Positions 49,229 to 59,366 of a stretch of 64,000 nucleotides of DNA are shown here, piece by piece (position 1 is the first letter of the stretch; every line of letters begins with the position of its first letter). Both the position numbers and the translations under genes were made by a program. The notes beneath the pieces are model-generated. The model was given only the letters and a program-made list of their open reading frames with translations, did no database searches and was not told the DNA's origin. The DNA lies in contig JAIDSM010000122.1 in assembly GCA_029061225.1 (NCBI GenBank), positions 1,909-65,908 of the forward strand, written 5' to 3'. The DNA comes from Muribaculaceae bacterium. Its GTDB lineage: Bacteria; Bacteroidota; Bacteroidia; Bacteroidales; Muribaculaceae.

Positions 49229-50452
49229 ATGAACCGCATAATCGCGATACTCATTACGATATTTTACCTCTCCTGCGGCGTGACAGCTCAGGAGAGGACC
49301 GATACTCCCTTCCCTGCCGATTCAGTCGGCGGGGAAGACCTTATTGTAAGCATCGTGACTTGCGATCCGGGTCCGGATGTCTATGAGCTTTGCGGCCATG
49401 CCGCCCTGCGTATCAGAAACGCGCAGATGGATTCGGTATGGAACTACGGCATATTCGATTTCACCTCGCCCAATTTCATCTATCGTTTCTGCAAAGGTGA
49501 GACAGACTATATGGTCTATGGCTATCAGTTCGACCGCTTCATGCCCGCATATGTCAGAAGAGGCTCCAAGGTGACGGAGCAGGTGCTCGACCTCACTCAG
49601 GAAGAAGCACGCAGACTCAGAGCTCTTGTGCAGGTGGAGTCGCGTCCGGAAAACCGTGTCTACCGATACAACTATGTGCGCGACAACTGTGCGACGCGGC
49701 CTTGGAAACGTGTGACGGAAGCCTCCGTCCGAGACATTCATATGCCGGATACGCTCTATTATCCTACATTTCGCTCCGAAATGAGGCATTTCCACCGCAA
49801 TTATCCATGGTACCAGTTCGGCATCGACCTTGTATTGGGAAGCGGTCTGGACTATCCTATGGCGAAAGACGAGGATATATTCGCGCCTCCAGTGCTCTCA
49901 GCCAAGATTGCCGAAGCTACCATCGGGGGGCGCCCTCTCGTGAAGGAGACAAATGTCATTTTCCCCGGATATGTAGACGCGACCTTGCCTCCGACGCCCT
50001 GGTGGCGAACGCCGATGGCTGTGGGCATTGTCATGCTTCTGCTGAGTATTGGCACGATGTTTGTTTATCTCAAAAGCGGTAAGCTTTGGAAATGGTGGAT
50101 TTTCCTCTATTTCTTCGCTGCAGGCATAGCGGGATGCATCGTCACCTTCCTTGTCTTCTGCTCGGAGCATGAGGCTACTTCTCCCAATGTGCTGATCTAC
50201 TGGCTCAATCCGCTGCAGCTGATCGTGGCTGCAGGCATATGGTTCAAAAGCTGGAGAACCCCTGTTTCGGCTATGGCCGCCTACGACTTTGTAATGGCTG
50301 TGGTCCTAATAGTGCTTTTTGCTGCCGGTTTGACACCACAGAAGGCAAATCCCGCCGTTTGGCCGATGCTGCTTAGCGTTATCCCGCTCGCTGTCATAGT
50401 GCTTCTGAATACTGGAGCATTGAAAGTAACGTATAAAGAATATAAGAAATGA
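49229..50452 (+). CDS. lnb: DUF4105 protein, likely lipoprotein N-acyltransferase Lnb
   Basis: PG..YE..GH, NYG.F.F, Y.YNY..DNCATR and C-terminal TM segments; lies two genes upstream of secA as in Bacteroides. Confidence 0.75.
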   Translation: MNRIIAILITIFYLSCGVTAQERTDTPFPADSVGGEDLIVSIVTCDPGPDVYELCGHAALRIRNAQMDSVWNYGIFDFTSPNFIYRFCKGETDYMVYGYQFDRFMPAYVRRGSKVTEQVLDLTQEEARRLRALVQVESRPENRVYRYNYVRDNCATRPWKRVTEASVRDIHMPDTLYYPTFRSEMRHFHRNYPWYQFGIDLVLGSGLDYPMAKDEDIFAPPVLSAKIAEATIGGRPLVKETNVIFPGYVDATLPPTPWWRTPMAVGIVMLLLSIGTMFVYLKSGKLWKWWIFLYFFAAGIAGCIVTFLVFCSEHEATSPNVLIYWLNPLQLIVAAGIWFKSWRTPVSAMAAYDFVMAVVLIVLFAAGLTPQKANPAVWPMLLSVIPLAVIVLLNTGALKVTYKEYKK

Positions 50453-52026
50453 ATAGATTGCTGACATCCGTTCTCTGCGGTCTCGTCGGTATTTCGACGG
50501 TCGCGATGGCAGACCCTACCCGGCCCCGTCTTGTCGTCGGGATAATGGTCGACCAATTGCGTACCGACTACATAGACTTTCTGAGCGCACGCTTTGGAAA
50601 GGATGGGTTCAATCTCCTTAAGAACCGTGGACTCTATCTCAAGAACGTTGATTACAATGTAAAGGATCTCGATATAGTCAGTTCCACGGCCATCGTGTAT
50701 ACGGGCAACTATGCGTCAGCATCCGGTATTCCCGCCGATAAGGTCTACGACCACGCGTCAAAATATCCGCAGCCGGTATTGCACGATCCTTCCACTATCG
50801 GCAACTTCACCAATGAGACATACAGTCCGGCATCCTTACGTCTCTCCACGATAAGCGATGAGATAGCTGTCGATGGGGTAGGACTCGGAGCCGTCTACAG
50901 TATTGCCCCTGATCCCATGCAGGCCATCATAATGGCCGGACACGGGGGAAGCAGTGCTTTCTGGATCTCGGACGAGACCGGAAAATGGGCTACTACGACC
51001 TACTACAAGGAAGTGCCCAACTGCATCAGCCAGCGCAACTACCGTGCTCCGCTTGCCGAGCGTCTCGACACCATGGTGTGGACACCAAGCAAGGCTCTCG
51101 ACACTTACGACGGCGTTCCCGCTCAGAAGAAATATTTCCCATTCCGGCATGCCTTCCCGAAAAAGAGCAGTGACCGTTATGTGAATTTTAAACAGTCGGC
51201 GCTCGTCAATAATGAGGTCACCGATTTAGCAATAGACTATATTAAGAGCCTGCAGCTCGGTCAGCGTGGTGAAGTCATTGATATGCTCAATGTAGGATAT
51301 ACCGTGGCTCCATACAAACACGGTGTTGACTCCGATATGCGTCTTGAGATGCAGGACAGCTATCTGAGGCTTGACGGACAGCTTGAAAGGCTCCTGAAGG
51401 CCATCAACGAGAGCGTCGGGCTTGACAATACACTGGTCTTTCTCGTCTCGACAGGTTATTTCGACGAGGCTGCTGAGGATGAGCCGCGCTATCGCATTCC
51501 TTCGGGAACTTTCTCAATGAAGCGTGCCGTCTCGCTTCTTAATTCCTATCTCAGCGCGAAGCATGGCAATGACCAATATGTCGACGGCAGCTTCCGCAAT
51601 ATGATCTATCTTGACCATTCGACACTGGAGCGTCATGGTCTTGATCTTGCCGCGGTAAGGCGGGACGCAAGGGATTTCCTCGTGATGATGAGCGGTGTGG
51701 CCGATGTCAAGTCGCTCACTGATATAGTGGGAGAGACTACTCCCGAGCTCAGGACCATCGGACGTGGTCTCGATCCCAAGACGGCCGGCGACCTCAGGCT
51801 TGAGTTCGCTCCCGGCTGGACGGTTAACGATGATGTGCGCCTGCCTGTACTGACATGGCAGGTCCGTGAGGGCAATCCTGCTTCCCCGGCCTTTATCATG
51901 GGGCCCGGTGTGCCTGTGAAGGTTGAGACCGGTGAGGTCAATGCCTCCGCCATAGCGCCCACCGTAAGCTCGGTGATGCGCATCAGAAGCCCCAACGGTG
52001 CATCTGATAAGCCCCTTATGTGGTAA
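50449..52026 (+). CDS. Alkaline phosphatase (PafA-like) superfamily protein, apparently catalytically degenerate
   Basis: PRLVVGIMVDQLR.DY start; nucleophile and ADHG regions divergent. Confidence 0.8.
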   Translation: MNRLLTSVLCGLVGISTVAMADPTRPRLVVGIMVDQLRTDYIDFLSARFGKDGFNLLKNRGLYLKNVDYNVKDLDIVSSTAIVYTGNYASASGIPADKVYDHASKYPQPVLHDPSTIGNFTNETYSPASLRLSTISDEIAVDGVGLGAVYSIAPDPMQAIIMAGHGGSSAFWISDETGKWATTTYYKEVPNCISQRNYRAPLAERLDTMVWTPSKALDTYDGVPAQKKYFPFRHAFPKKSSDRYVNFKQSALVNNEVTDLAIDYIKSLQLGQRGEVIDMLNVGYTVAPYKHGVDSDMRLEMQDSYLRLDGQLERLLKAINESVGLDNTLVFLVSTGYFDEAAEDEPRYRIPSGTFSMKRAVSLLNSYLSAKHGNDQYVDGSFRNMIYLDHSTLERHGLDLAAVRRDARDFLVMMSGVADVKSLTDIVGETTPELRTIGRGLDPKTAGDLRLEFAPGWTVNDDVRLPVLTWQVREGNPASPAFIMGPGVPVKVETGEVNASAIAPTVSSVMRIRSPNGASDKPLMW

Positions 52027-52201
52027 TGAATAATTCATAGTCCATAATCTTTGCAAATGATGAATTGACACTTAAATCATGCATTATGGTTTAAGAATTT
52101 TGAATTAAAGCAAAAATTATGCATTATGTATTATGAATTATGCATTAAAATTATTATCTTTGCAACTTAATATAGAATATAAATTTAATTCTCATTAAAA
52201 A

Positions 52202-55200
52202 ATGGGATTCAGCAGCATACTTAAAACAATTTTCGGCGACCAGAGCGAGCGCGCAGTGCGTCCTCTCTGGAACCGCCTTCAGAAGGAAATCAATCCGATT
52301 TCCGAGCAGATACGCGACATCTCCAACGATGAACTACGCGATAGAATCAATGTGATCCGCGATGACATTCGCGGCGAGGCTCAGACCTATAAGGACAAGA
52401 TGGCCGATATCAGGAATCAGATCGAGACCATGGAGTTTGACAAGCGCGAACCCTATTGGAAGGAGATCGACAACCTGAAAGAGGAGATGTACAAGATGTA
52501 TGCGCGCAAGCTCGATGCGGCCCTTCCGGAGGTATTCGCCGTGATAAAGGAGACAGCACGCAGACTTGCCAACAACGATACGCTTGAGGTGACCGCAAGC
52601 GACTTCGACCGCGAACTTGCCGCCGAAGGCAAGGATTTCGTCAGCATCGACGGCGATAAGGCCATCTATAAGAATTCATGGATTGCCGGCGGCAACGAGA
52701 TGAAGTGGGACATGGTCCACTATGACGTTCAGCTCATTGGCGGTATGGTCCTCCATGGCATCCTACAGGGCGACAAGACTTCCAACAACATCGCGGAGAT
52801 GGCTACCGGTGAAGGTAAGACCCTCGTGGCTACTCTTCCGGTCTTTCTTAACGCCCTTACCGGAGAAGGCGTCCATGTGGTGACAGTCAACGATTATCTT
52901 GCCAAACGTGACTCTGAGTGGATGGGACCATTGTATGAGTTCCACGGACTCTCGGTAGCATGTATCGATAAGACGGAACCCAATTCTCCCGAGCGTCGCA
53001 AGGCATACCGCAGCGATATCACTTTCGGTACTAACAACGAGTTCGGCTTCGACTATCTGCGCGACAATATGGCAACCCAGATGACCGACCTCGTACAGCG
53101 TGAAGACCATTACTACGCTATCGTCGACGAGACTGACTCAGTGCTTATCGACGATGCCCGCACCCCTCTGATTATCTCGGGTCCCATCCCCAAGGGTGAC
53201 GACCAGATGTTCAATGAGTTTAAGCCGAATGTGGAAAAAGTGGTCAATGCCCAGCGCAAGCAGGCTCAGGCCCTTTTGCTTGAGGCTAAGGATAAGATCT
53301 CAGCTGCTATGAGCGGCGACCCTGAGAAGATAAAGAAATACGACAAAGGCGATGGTAAGAAGCCTCTTACGGCACAGGAACTGCTCGAAGACGGTGGCCT
53401 CGCTCTTTTCCGCGTCTACAAGAGCCTTCCGAAGCATGGACCTCTCATCCGCTACCTCAGTGAGGAGGGCATAAAGCCTATACTTCTTAAGACAGAGGAG
53501 AAATACATGCAGGACAACAACCGGGAGATGCCTTTCGCTGTTGAACCCCTCTTCTTTGTAGTGGATGAGAAGAATCATAGCATCGAGTTGACCGACAAGG
53601 GTATACAGGTGCTGACCGATACCACTCAGGATCCTCACTTCTTTGTGCTCCCCGACATCACATCACAGCTGTCGGAGGTTGAGAATATGGATCTCACTGA
53701 TGAGGAGAAACATCAGCGTAAGGACGACCTGCTGCAGGAATACAGCGTGAAGTCGGAACGTGTTCACACCGTCAACCAGCTTCTCAAGGCATATACGCTA
53801 TTCGACAAGGACATCGAGTATGTGATCGACGACAACAAGATTAAGATTGTCGACGAACAGACCGGACGTATCATGGAAGGGCGCCGCTATTCCGACGGTC
53901 TGCATCAGGCTATCGAGGCGAAAGAGGGCGTGAAGGTGGAAGCAGCTACACAGACGTATGCTACCATTACGCTGCAGAACTACTTCCGTATGTATCGTAA
54001 GCTGGCCGGCATGACCGGTACGGCTATGACGGAGGCCGGTGAGTTCTACGACATCTATAAGATGGAAGTGGTGGAAATACCGACCAACCGCCCCGTCATC
54101 CGCAACGACCAGAAAGACCGCGTCTACCGCACGAAGAAAGACAAATACAATGCCGTAATCAAGGAAGTGGAAGACATGGTGGCAATCGGACGCCCGGTAC
54201 TCGTCGGTACGACCTCTGTCGAGATTTCCGAGCTTCTCAGCCGTATGCTCCAGCTTCGCAAGATACCACATCAGGTGCTCAACGCCAAGCTTCACCAGAA
54301 AGAAGCCGACATCGTCGCTCAGGCCGGTAAGCCGGGAACGGTGACCATCGCAACAAATATGGCCGGTCGTGGTACCGATATCAAACTGCCCGCTGAAGTG
54401 AAGGAGGCTGGTGGCCTCGCCATCATCGGTACGGAACGTCATGAGTCGCGCCGTGTCGACCGCCAGCTACGTGGCCGTGCAGGTCGTCAGGGTGACCCGG
54501 GCAGCTCAGTCTTCTTCGTTTCGTTCGAAGACAATCTCATGCGTCTTTTCGCCGGCGAGCGCGTCTTCAAGATGCTCGACAAGATGGGATTCGAGGAAGG
54601 CGAGATGCTTGAGTCAAAGATGCTCACAAACGCTATCGAAAAAGCTCAGAAGAGAGTGGAGGAGAATAACTTCGGTATCCGTAAGCGTCTCGTAGAGTAT
54701 GATGATGTCATGAACGCCCAGCGTACCGCAATATACGGCAAACGCCAGAACGCCCTCAAGGGAGAGCGTATCGGAACCGATATCTCCAATATGATCTACG
54801 ATGTGGCTCAGAGCATTGCTGAGATGGGCTACGACTACAATGACTTCGCTATGGAGGTGCGCAAGACCCTTGCGATAGACTCTCCATTCAGCGAGGAGGA
54901 ATTCCGTAAGGCCGACCGCAACGAGATAGCCAACCGCCTCGCAGACGAGGCTCTCGCGACTTATTACCGCAACCGCGATAAGATTGCCGCTGCCGCGATG
55001 CCCTATATCAAGGAATTCGTTGAGGAGAGAGGTGTCCAGGGTGTCGTAGGTGTGCCGGTGACCGACGGCCGCCGATTCTTCAATATCCGCTGCGATCTCA
55101 AGGAGGCATACGACAATGAATGCCGTCCGATTGTAAAGGGTTGGGAGAAGGCTGTGCTTCTTCAGGCCATCGACAATGCATGGCAGGAGCACCTCCGCGA

Positions 55201-55753
55201 CATGGATGAACTTCGCAAGTCAGTCCAGAATGCAAGCTACGAGCAGAAGGATCCTCTTGTGATCTACAAGCTCGAGGCCTATGGACTATGGAAGAACATG
55301 CTCGAGGAGATGAACTCAAAAGCAGTGGCTACCCTTATGCGAGGCAAGCTCGCGGCTCCTGACTATGAGGAGGCCAAGGCCATGCGTGAGGCGCAGCTCG
55401 CTCAGCAGCAGGCACAGGCACAGGCAAGAGCCGAGGCTCAGCAGGCGCAGGCTGCACGCGAACAGGCTATGCAGGCTCATCGCAACGCTCAGGCCGCTAC
55501 TTATACCCGCACTCAGGAGATACGTCAGGAATATGGTGCCCCGGCAGGTGCTAATCCCTACGCCAACTACTCCACTACCCACGAGACATATGAGGGGGAG
55601 AACGCCCAGCGTCAGGCCGCTCAGAACGTCAACCGCCAGCCTCAACAGGCGCGTCAGCCGATCAAGGCGCAGCCCAAGGTAGGACGTAATGATCCTTGTC
55701 CTTGTGGAAGCGGTAAAAAATACAAGAACTGCCACGGCAAGAATATGCAGTAA
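52202..55753 (+). CDS. secA: Preprotein translocase subunit SecA
   Basis: [44 protein letters not shown] motif [18 protein letters not shown]. Confidence 0.98.
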   Translation: MGFSSILKTIFGDQSERAVRPLWNRLQKEINPISEQIRDISNDELRDRINVIRDDIRGEAQTYKDKMADIRNQIETMEFDKREPYWKEIDNLKEEMYKMYARKLDAALPEVFAVIKETARRLANNDTLEVTASDFDRELAAEGKDFVSIDGDKAIYKNSWIAGGNEMKWDMVHYDVQLIGGMVLHGILQGDKTSNNIAEMATGEGKTLVATLPVFLNALTGEGVHVVTVNDYLAKRDSEWMGPLYEFHGLSVACIDKTEPNSPERRKAYRSDITFGTNNEFGFDYLRDNMATQMTDLVQREDHYYAIVDETDSVLIDDARTPLIISGPIPKGDDQMFNEFKPNVEKVVNAQRKQAQALLLEAKDKISAAMSGDPEKIKKYDKGDGKKPLTAQELLEDGGLALFRVYKSLPKHGPLIRYLSEEGIKPILLKTEEKYMQDNNREMPFAVEPLFFVVDEKNHSIELTDKGIQVLTDTTQDPHFFVLPDITSQLSEVENMDLTDEEKHQRKDDLLQEYSVKSERVHTVNQLLKAYTLFDKDIEYVIDDNKIKIVDEQTGRIMEGRRYSDGLHQAIEAKEGVKVEAATQTYATITLQNYFRMYRKLAGMTGTAMTEAGEFYDIYKMEVVEIPTNRPVIRNDQKDRVYRTKKDKYNAVIKEVEDMVAIGRPVLVGTTSVEISELLSRMLQLRKIPHQVLNAKLHQKEADIVAQAGKPGTVTIATNMAGRGTDIKLPAEVKEAGGLAIIGTERHESRRVDRQLRGRAGRQGDPGSSVFFVSFEDNLMRLFAGERVFKMLDKMGFEEGEMLESKMLTNAIEKAQKRVEENNFGIRKRLVEYDDVMNAQRTAIYGKRQNALKGERIGTDISNMIYDVAQSIAEMGYDYNDFAMEVRKTLAIDSPFSEEEFRKADRNEIANRLADEALATYYRNRDKIAAAAMPYIKEFVEERGVQGVVGVPVTDGRRFFNIRCDLKEAYDNECRPIVKGWEKAVLLQAIDNAWQEHLRDMDELRKSVQNASYEQKDPLVIYKLEAYGLWKNMLEEMNSKAVATLMRGKLAAPDYEEAKAMREAQLAQQQAQAQARAEAQQAQAAREQAMQAHRNAQAATYTRTQEIRQEYGAPAGANPYANYSTTHETYEGENAQRQAAQNVNRQPQQARQPIKAQPKVGRNDPCPCGSGKKYKNCHGKNMQ

Positions 55754-55771
55754 TAAGGAAAAAAACAGTAA

Positions 55772-56341
55772 ATGGAAAAAGAATATTACATAGTGGAAGG
55801 GGATACCAGAGTTGGTCCCCTCTCCATCTCTCAGCTATCTGAGAAAGGTATAGAACCCACGACTTTAGTATGGACGGCAGGTATGGCCGACTGGACACGT
55901 GCTGACAACGTCGCTGAACTTGCTCCGTTGCTCGCCAACCGTATGCGTATCAATGAGCGCGAATCCGCTTTCGGCCACTACGCTCAGCCCCAGCAGCAGG
56001 CTCCAGCCCGTCCTTATCAGCAGCCGCAGCAGTATGGCGCCTACAATAACCAGAATCAAAGCGGAAGCTCTACATCTTCCGGCAACTGGAAGACGCTCGC
56101 TATTGTCGCTACGGTGTGTGGTTTCCTATTCTCATGCATAGGGGGCATAATAGGTATTTTCGCAATCCTGCAGGCAAATAAGGCTGAAGAGGCAACCCGC
56201 AGAGGCGATTTCTACTCCTCGCAGAACTCTTGGTCTTCTTGCAAGACTCTTACGATAATATCATTCGTTCTCACGGGAATAGGTCTCGTGTTTAATGTCT
56301 TCTATATATCTTCGATTATCTCGGAGCTCGGCGCGCTTTGA
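55772..56341 (+). CDS. GYF_2 (DUF4339) domain + CD225/dispanin-like membrane protein
   Basis: GPL...I.PTTLVW..GM.DW; two C-terminal hydrophobic segments. Confidence 0.78.
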   Translation: MEKEYYIVEGDTRVGPLSISQLSEKGIEPTTLVWTAGMADWTRADNVAELAPLLANRMRINERESAFGHYAQPQQQAPARPYQQPQQYGAYNNQNQSGSSTSSGNWKTLAIVATVCGFLFSCIGGIIGIFAILQANKAEEATRRGDFYSSQNSWSSCKTLTIISFVLTGIGLVFNVFYISSIISELGAL

Positions 56342-56346
56342 TACCG

Positions 56347-56769
56347 ATGAAGTATTTCGCAATGATAGGAGATCGGCGATATGGGCCGATGGTGCTGGAC
56401 GAGATGGAAGCCCAGGGTGTCAGACCCGACACTTATGTTTGGTGTAAGGGAATGGACGACTGGATGCAGGCTTCTGAAGTACCTGACATCTGCCGCTATT
56501 TCCGGCAGCGTCTATCCGGAACATTGCCCTCGCAGCTTAATCAAGGTCAGGTAGATCATGATCGTCTTAAGGCTGCTGAGGAAGAGGAACAGGAGCGACT
56601 TCTTAATCAGTTGCCGCCGATGGCAAGGGATCTGGTAAGGAAATCCGGCATAAAACTCACAAAAGAGAATTTCCCGGACCCACAGCAGCATTTCCCCAAG
56701 GCTCTGCCGATTATCCTGTATGTCATATGCCTCATAGTAATATTGATAGGATTCCTGATCATCAAATGA
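56347..56769 (+). CDS. GYF_2 (DUF4339) domain protein with C-terminal TM
   Basis: YGPM...GVRPDTYVWCKGMDDW. Confidence 0.78.
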   Translation: MKYFAMIGDRRYGPMVLDEMEAQGVRPDTYVWCKGMDDWMQASEVPDICRYFRQRLSGTLPSQLNQGQVDHDRLKAAEEEEQERLLNQLPPMARDLVRKSGIKLTKENFPDPQQHFPKALPIILYVICLIVILIGFLIIK

Positions 56770-56789
56770 TCAGGAATTTTTTTACTGTT

Positions 56790-56918
56790 AAAAAAAGGAG
56801 AGCCGCTCACACAGCGACTCTCCCTCACGATTCCACTATAAACTATATCTAACTAAACTTAAAACCGCATTCTCACTTTCTCACGAAACCGGAATGCTTC
56901 GCCATATTGCTTTTTGTA
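56790..56918 (-). ncRNA. Candidate ~130-nt sRNA (or 3' UTR of the DUF4250-like gene)
   Basis: On the minus strand: CAACC-N14-CGTGT promoter-like motif, hairpin GCATTC..TTTCGTGAGAAAG..GAATGC, single-stranded GTTTAGTTAGATATAGTTTATAGTGGAAT, terminator GGAGAGTCGCT-gtgtg-AGCGGCTCTCC-T7. Confidence 0.5.
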
Positions 56919-56986
56919 TAACTCAAACACGTTAATATGCCAAATGGTTGGCTTGACGTTGACTTTTTAACATTCGTATCTTGTTT

Positions 56987-57166
56987 TTAACGAAACTGTC
57001 GGATGCCGGGTATCCATTTGAAGCCGGATGTCTCCATCCGGGCTTTGAGTTTATGTTCGTCGAGTCCATAGACGGCACAGAAGTCTTCCAGTGTGCGGTA
57101 TTCGTCACGAAGCTTCATATTGATGAAGCTCATCAGCATTGCAGGGTCTTTCGGGAGTATATCCAT
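56987..57166 (-). CDS. DUF4250-like small protein (59 aa, below the ORF-track cutoff)
   Basis: Manual translation: MDILPKDPAMLMSFINMKLRDEYRTLEDFCAVYGLDEHKLKARMETSGFKWIPGIRQFR*. Confidence 0.85.
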   Translation of the reverse strand: MDILPKDPAMLMSFINMKLRDEYRTLEDFCAVYGLDEHKLKARMETSGFKWIPGIRQFR

Positions 57167-57296
57167 ATCTTAAAAAAGGGTTAAGGGTTAAAGGTTAAGA
57201 GATAATAGTTAAAGTCACTAAGGTCTTGAAAGGTCTTTGGAGACTTTAAGGTTTTTTTATTTGGTGAGTCGATTTTTTTTTATTATCTTCGCATCA

Positions 57297-58433
57297 ATGA
57301 AACAACGTATCTGCATATTGATTTGTTTGATAGCCGGTGTCTTTGCTCCGGCCATCGCATGCACGAGCGCCATTATAGGTGCCGAACTTAATCCCTACGG
57401 ACGTCCGCTGCTATGGAAGCACCGTGACACATCTGCAATAGACAATAAGGTGGAATATATAGCCCCCGGGCCTGAGGGATATGGATATACCGGCCTTTTC
57501 AATGCCTCCGATAAGAATCTTAAGGAATGCTGGACCGGGTTCAACAGCGAAGGATTCGCCATAATGAATACTGCATCCTACAACCTGAAGGACGATAAAG
57601 TGCCACAGAAGGACATGGACAAGGAAGGTCTTGTGATGGCAAAGGCATTGCGCACATGCGTGACGGTCGATGACTTCGCACGTTTGCTTGATTCTCTTCC
57701 TCGTCCAATGGGTGTGGAAGCGAATTTCGGAGTGATAGACGCTACCGGTGCGGGTGCATATTTCGAGACAAACAATCACTCCTATATCAGGATCAATCTT
57801 GACGATTCTCCGGATCATATGCTTGTCCGTACAAACTACAGCCATTGCGGCCGGCCCAACGAAGGATACGGATTCGTGCGTGAGGCCAATGCCCTGCATC
57901 TTCTGCGTCCGGCTGCAGAGAAAAGGGAAATCACTCCTGAATTCCTCACGGAGACCGTCTCCCGTACATTCTACCACGACCTTATGGGCAAGGATATGGC
58001 GGAGGGTCTTGAGGAAGGATGGATTATTGACCAGGATTTCATACCTCGTTATAAGTCGTGTGCCACGATAGTGATTGAAGGCCTTGATCCTCGTCATGAG
58101 ACTCCCGGGAAAGGCTCCGGTAAGGATTATGTCATGTGGACAGGTCTTGGTTATCCTCCATGTGCCGACATTTATCCCGTGACTTTCGGAAAGGATGGTG
58201 TTCATCCCGACCTTCGCGGTATTCAGCCTGATGGACATTCAAAAGCCTCCGACCTTTCAAAAAAGCGTCGTGATGAGGTGTTCCCTAAAAGGAAGGGTAA
58301 TGGCGACAAGTACATCCGTCTTTCGCGTCTGCGCAATCCTCAGGGCACCGGATATCTTCAGGTGATTCCTCCACAGAATCTCGAGGTCTATCGGAAATTC
58401 CGTGAGAACAGGTCGATTGAACGGGTCGATTGA
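57297..58433 (+). CDS. Secreted Ntn-hydrolase (C45/acyl-CoA:6-APA acyltransferase-like)
   Basis: Signal peptide followed by N-terminal nucleophile CTSAII; WKHRD, G.N..GF.IMN, RTNY. Confidence 0.75.
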   Translation: MKQRICILICLIAGVFAPAIACTSAIIGAELNPYGRPLLWKHRDTSAIDNKVEYIAPGPEGYGYTGLFNASDKNLKECWTGFNSEGFAIMNTASYNLKDDKVPQKDMDKEGLVMAKALRTCVTVDDFARLLDSLPRPMGVEANFGVIDATGAGAYFETNNHSYIRINLDDSPDHMLVRTNYSHCGRPNEGYGFVREANALHLLRPAAEKREITPEFLTETVSRTFYHDLMGKDMAEGLEEGWIIDQDFIPRYKSCATIVIEGLDPRHETPGKGSGKDYVMWTGLGYPPCADIYPVTFGKDGVHPDLRGIQPDGHSKASDLSKKRRDEVFPKRKGNGDKYIRLSRLRNPQGTGYLQVIPPQNLEVYRKFRENRSIERVD

Positions 58434-58447
58434 GAATCTGATTGCAT

Positions 58448-58945
58448 ATGAACGACGTAAGTCCTTTCAAGGTAGACGGTTGGACGGTCTTCAAGACTCT
58501 TATGACATCCTCAGCCGGATGGCCTGTGTGGACCGCGCTCTCCATAGGAGTGATTCTGATAGGAGTCGGATGCGTCGTTGATGTGCGGTTGATGGTTGTT
58601 GGTCTCATGATATGCATGGCTTTTGTGCCCTGTATTGCAGTTTTCTTATATTTCAGTCATACTCTTTCGCCGGAGATGGTCGGAAACATGATTCCACATA
58701 CAGTAGAACGTACCGATAGTGGATTCATCCTCCGGATATGGCGTCGGGAGGATATGGATGAGGATACAGATGAGGATGAAAAGAAGCAACGATGGGTGGA
58801 AGCAACGGTTATTCCGCTTTCTCGTTCAAATATAGTGGAGTGCAAAACCTCTTATGAATACGAGTTGTTCTTCTTCAAGGACTCAGACATGAGAATACTT
58901 TACGTGCCAAGATTTAACGAATATGAGAATATTAAAGAATACTAA
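58448..58945 (+). CDS. Hypothetical two-TM membrane protein
   Basis: ORF fills the gap in a plus-strand operon; two hydrophobic helices. Confidence 0.65.
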   Translation: MNDVSPFKVDGWTVFKTLMTSSAGWPVWTALSIGVILIGVGCVVDVRLMVVGLMICMAFVPCIAVFLYFSHTLSPEMVGNMIPHTVERTDSGFILRIWRREDMDEDTDEDEKKQRWVEATVIPLSRSNIVECKTSYEYELFFFKDSDMRILYVPRFNEYENIKEY

Positions 58946-59345
58946 CCGTAAATACTGCTTCATCATGGAGATGGAGGTGCGTGATTATGAGCTTGATTGC
59001 GAGCAGATAGTCAATAATGCCAATTATCTTCATTATATGGAGCATACCCGCCATAAATTCTGCCATGACGCAGGTCTTTCTTTTGTGGAGATGCACAATC
59101 AAGGAATCGATGCCGTTGTGAGAAAGGTGGAGATTGAGTATATATCTTCTCTTCGTGGGGATGAGACCTTTCTCTCCTGCATACGTCTTGAGAGAAAAGG
59201 TCCCCGTTTCATTTTCCATCAGGATATCATGCGTCCCGGGGGTGAACTCGTTTGTCAGGGACTGGTAAATGTGGTGGTGCTGAAAAACGGAAAGCTCTCC
59301 CGTGGCGACGAACTTGCTAAGATCTTCGCTAAATATATAAATTAA
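58923..59345 (+). CDS. Acyl-CoA thioesterase (4HBT/YbgC family)
   Basis: VRDYELD...IVNNANYLHYMEHTRH. Confidence 0.88.
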   Translation: MRILKNTNRKYCFIMEMEVRDYELDCEQIVNNANYLHYMEHTRHKFCHDAGLSFVEMHNQGIDAVVRKVEIEYISSLRGDETFLSCIRLERKGPRFIFHQDIMRPGGELVCQGLVNVVVLKNGKLSRGDELAKIFAKYIN

Positions 59346-59366
59346 GTCCTTAAATATAGAGAAACC

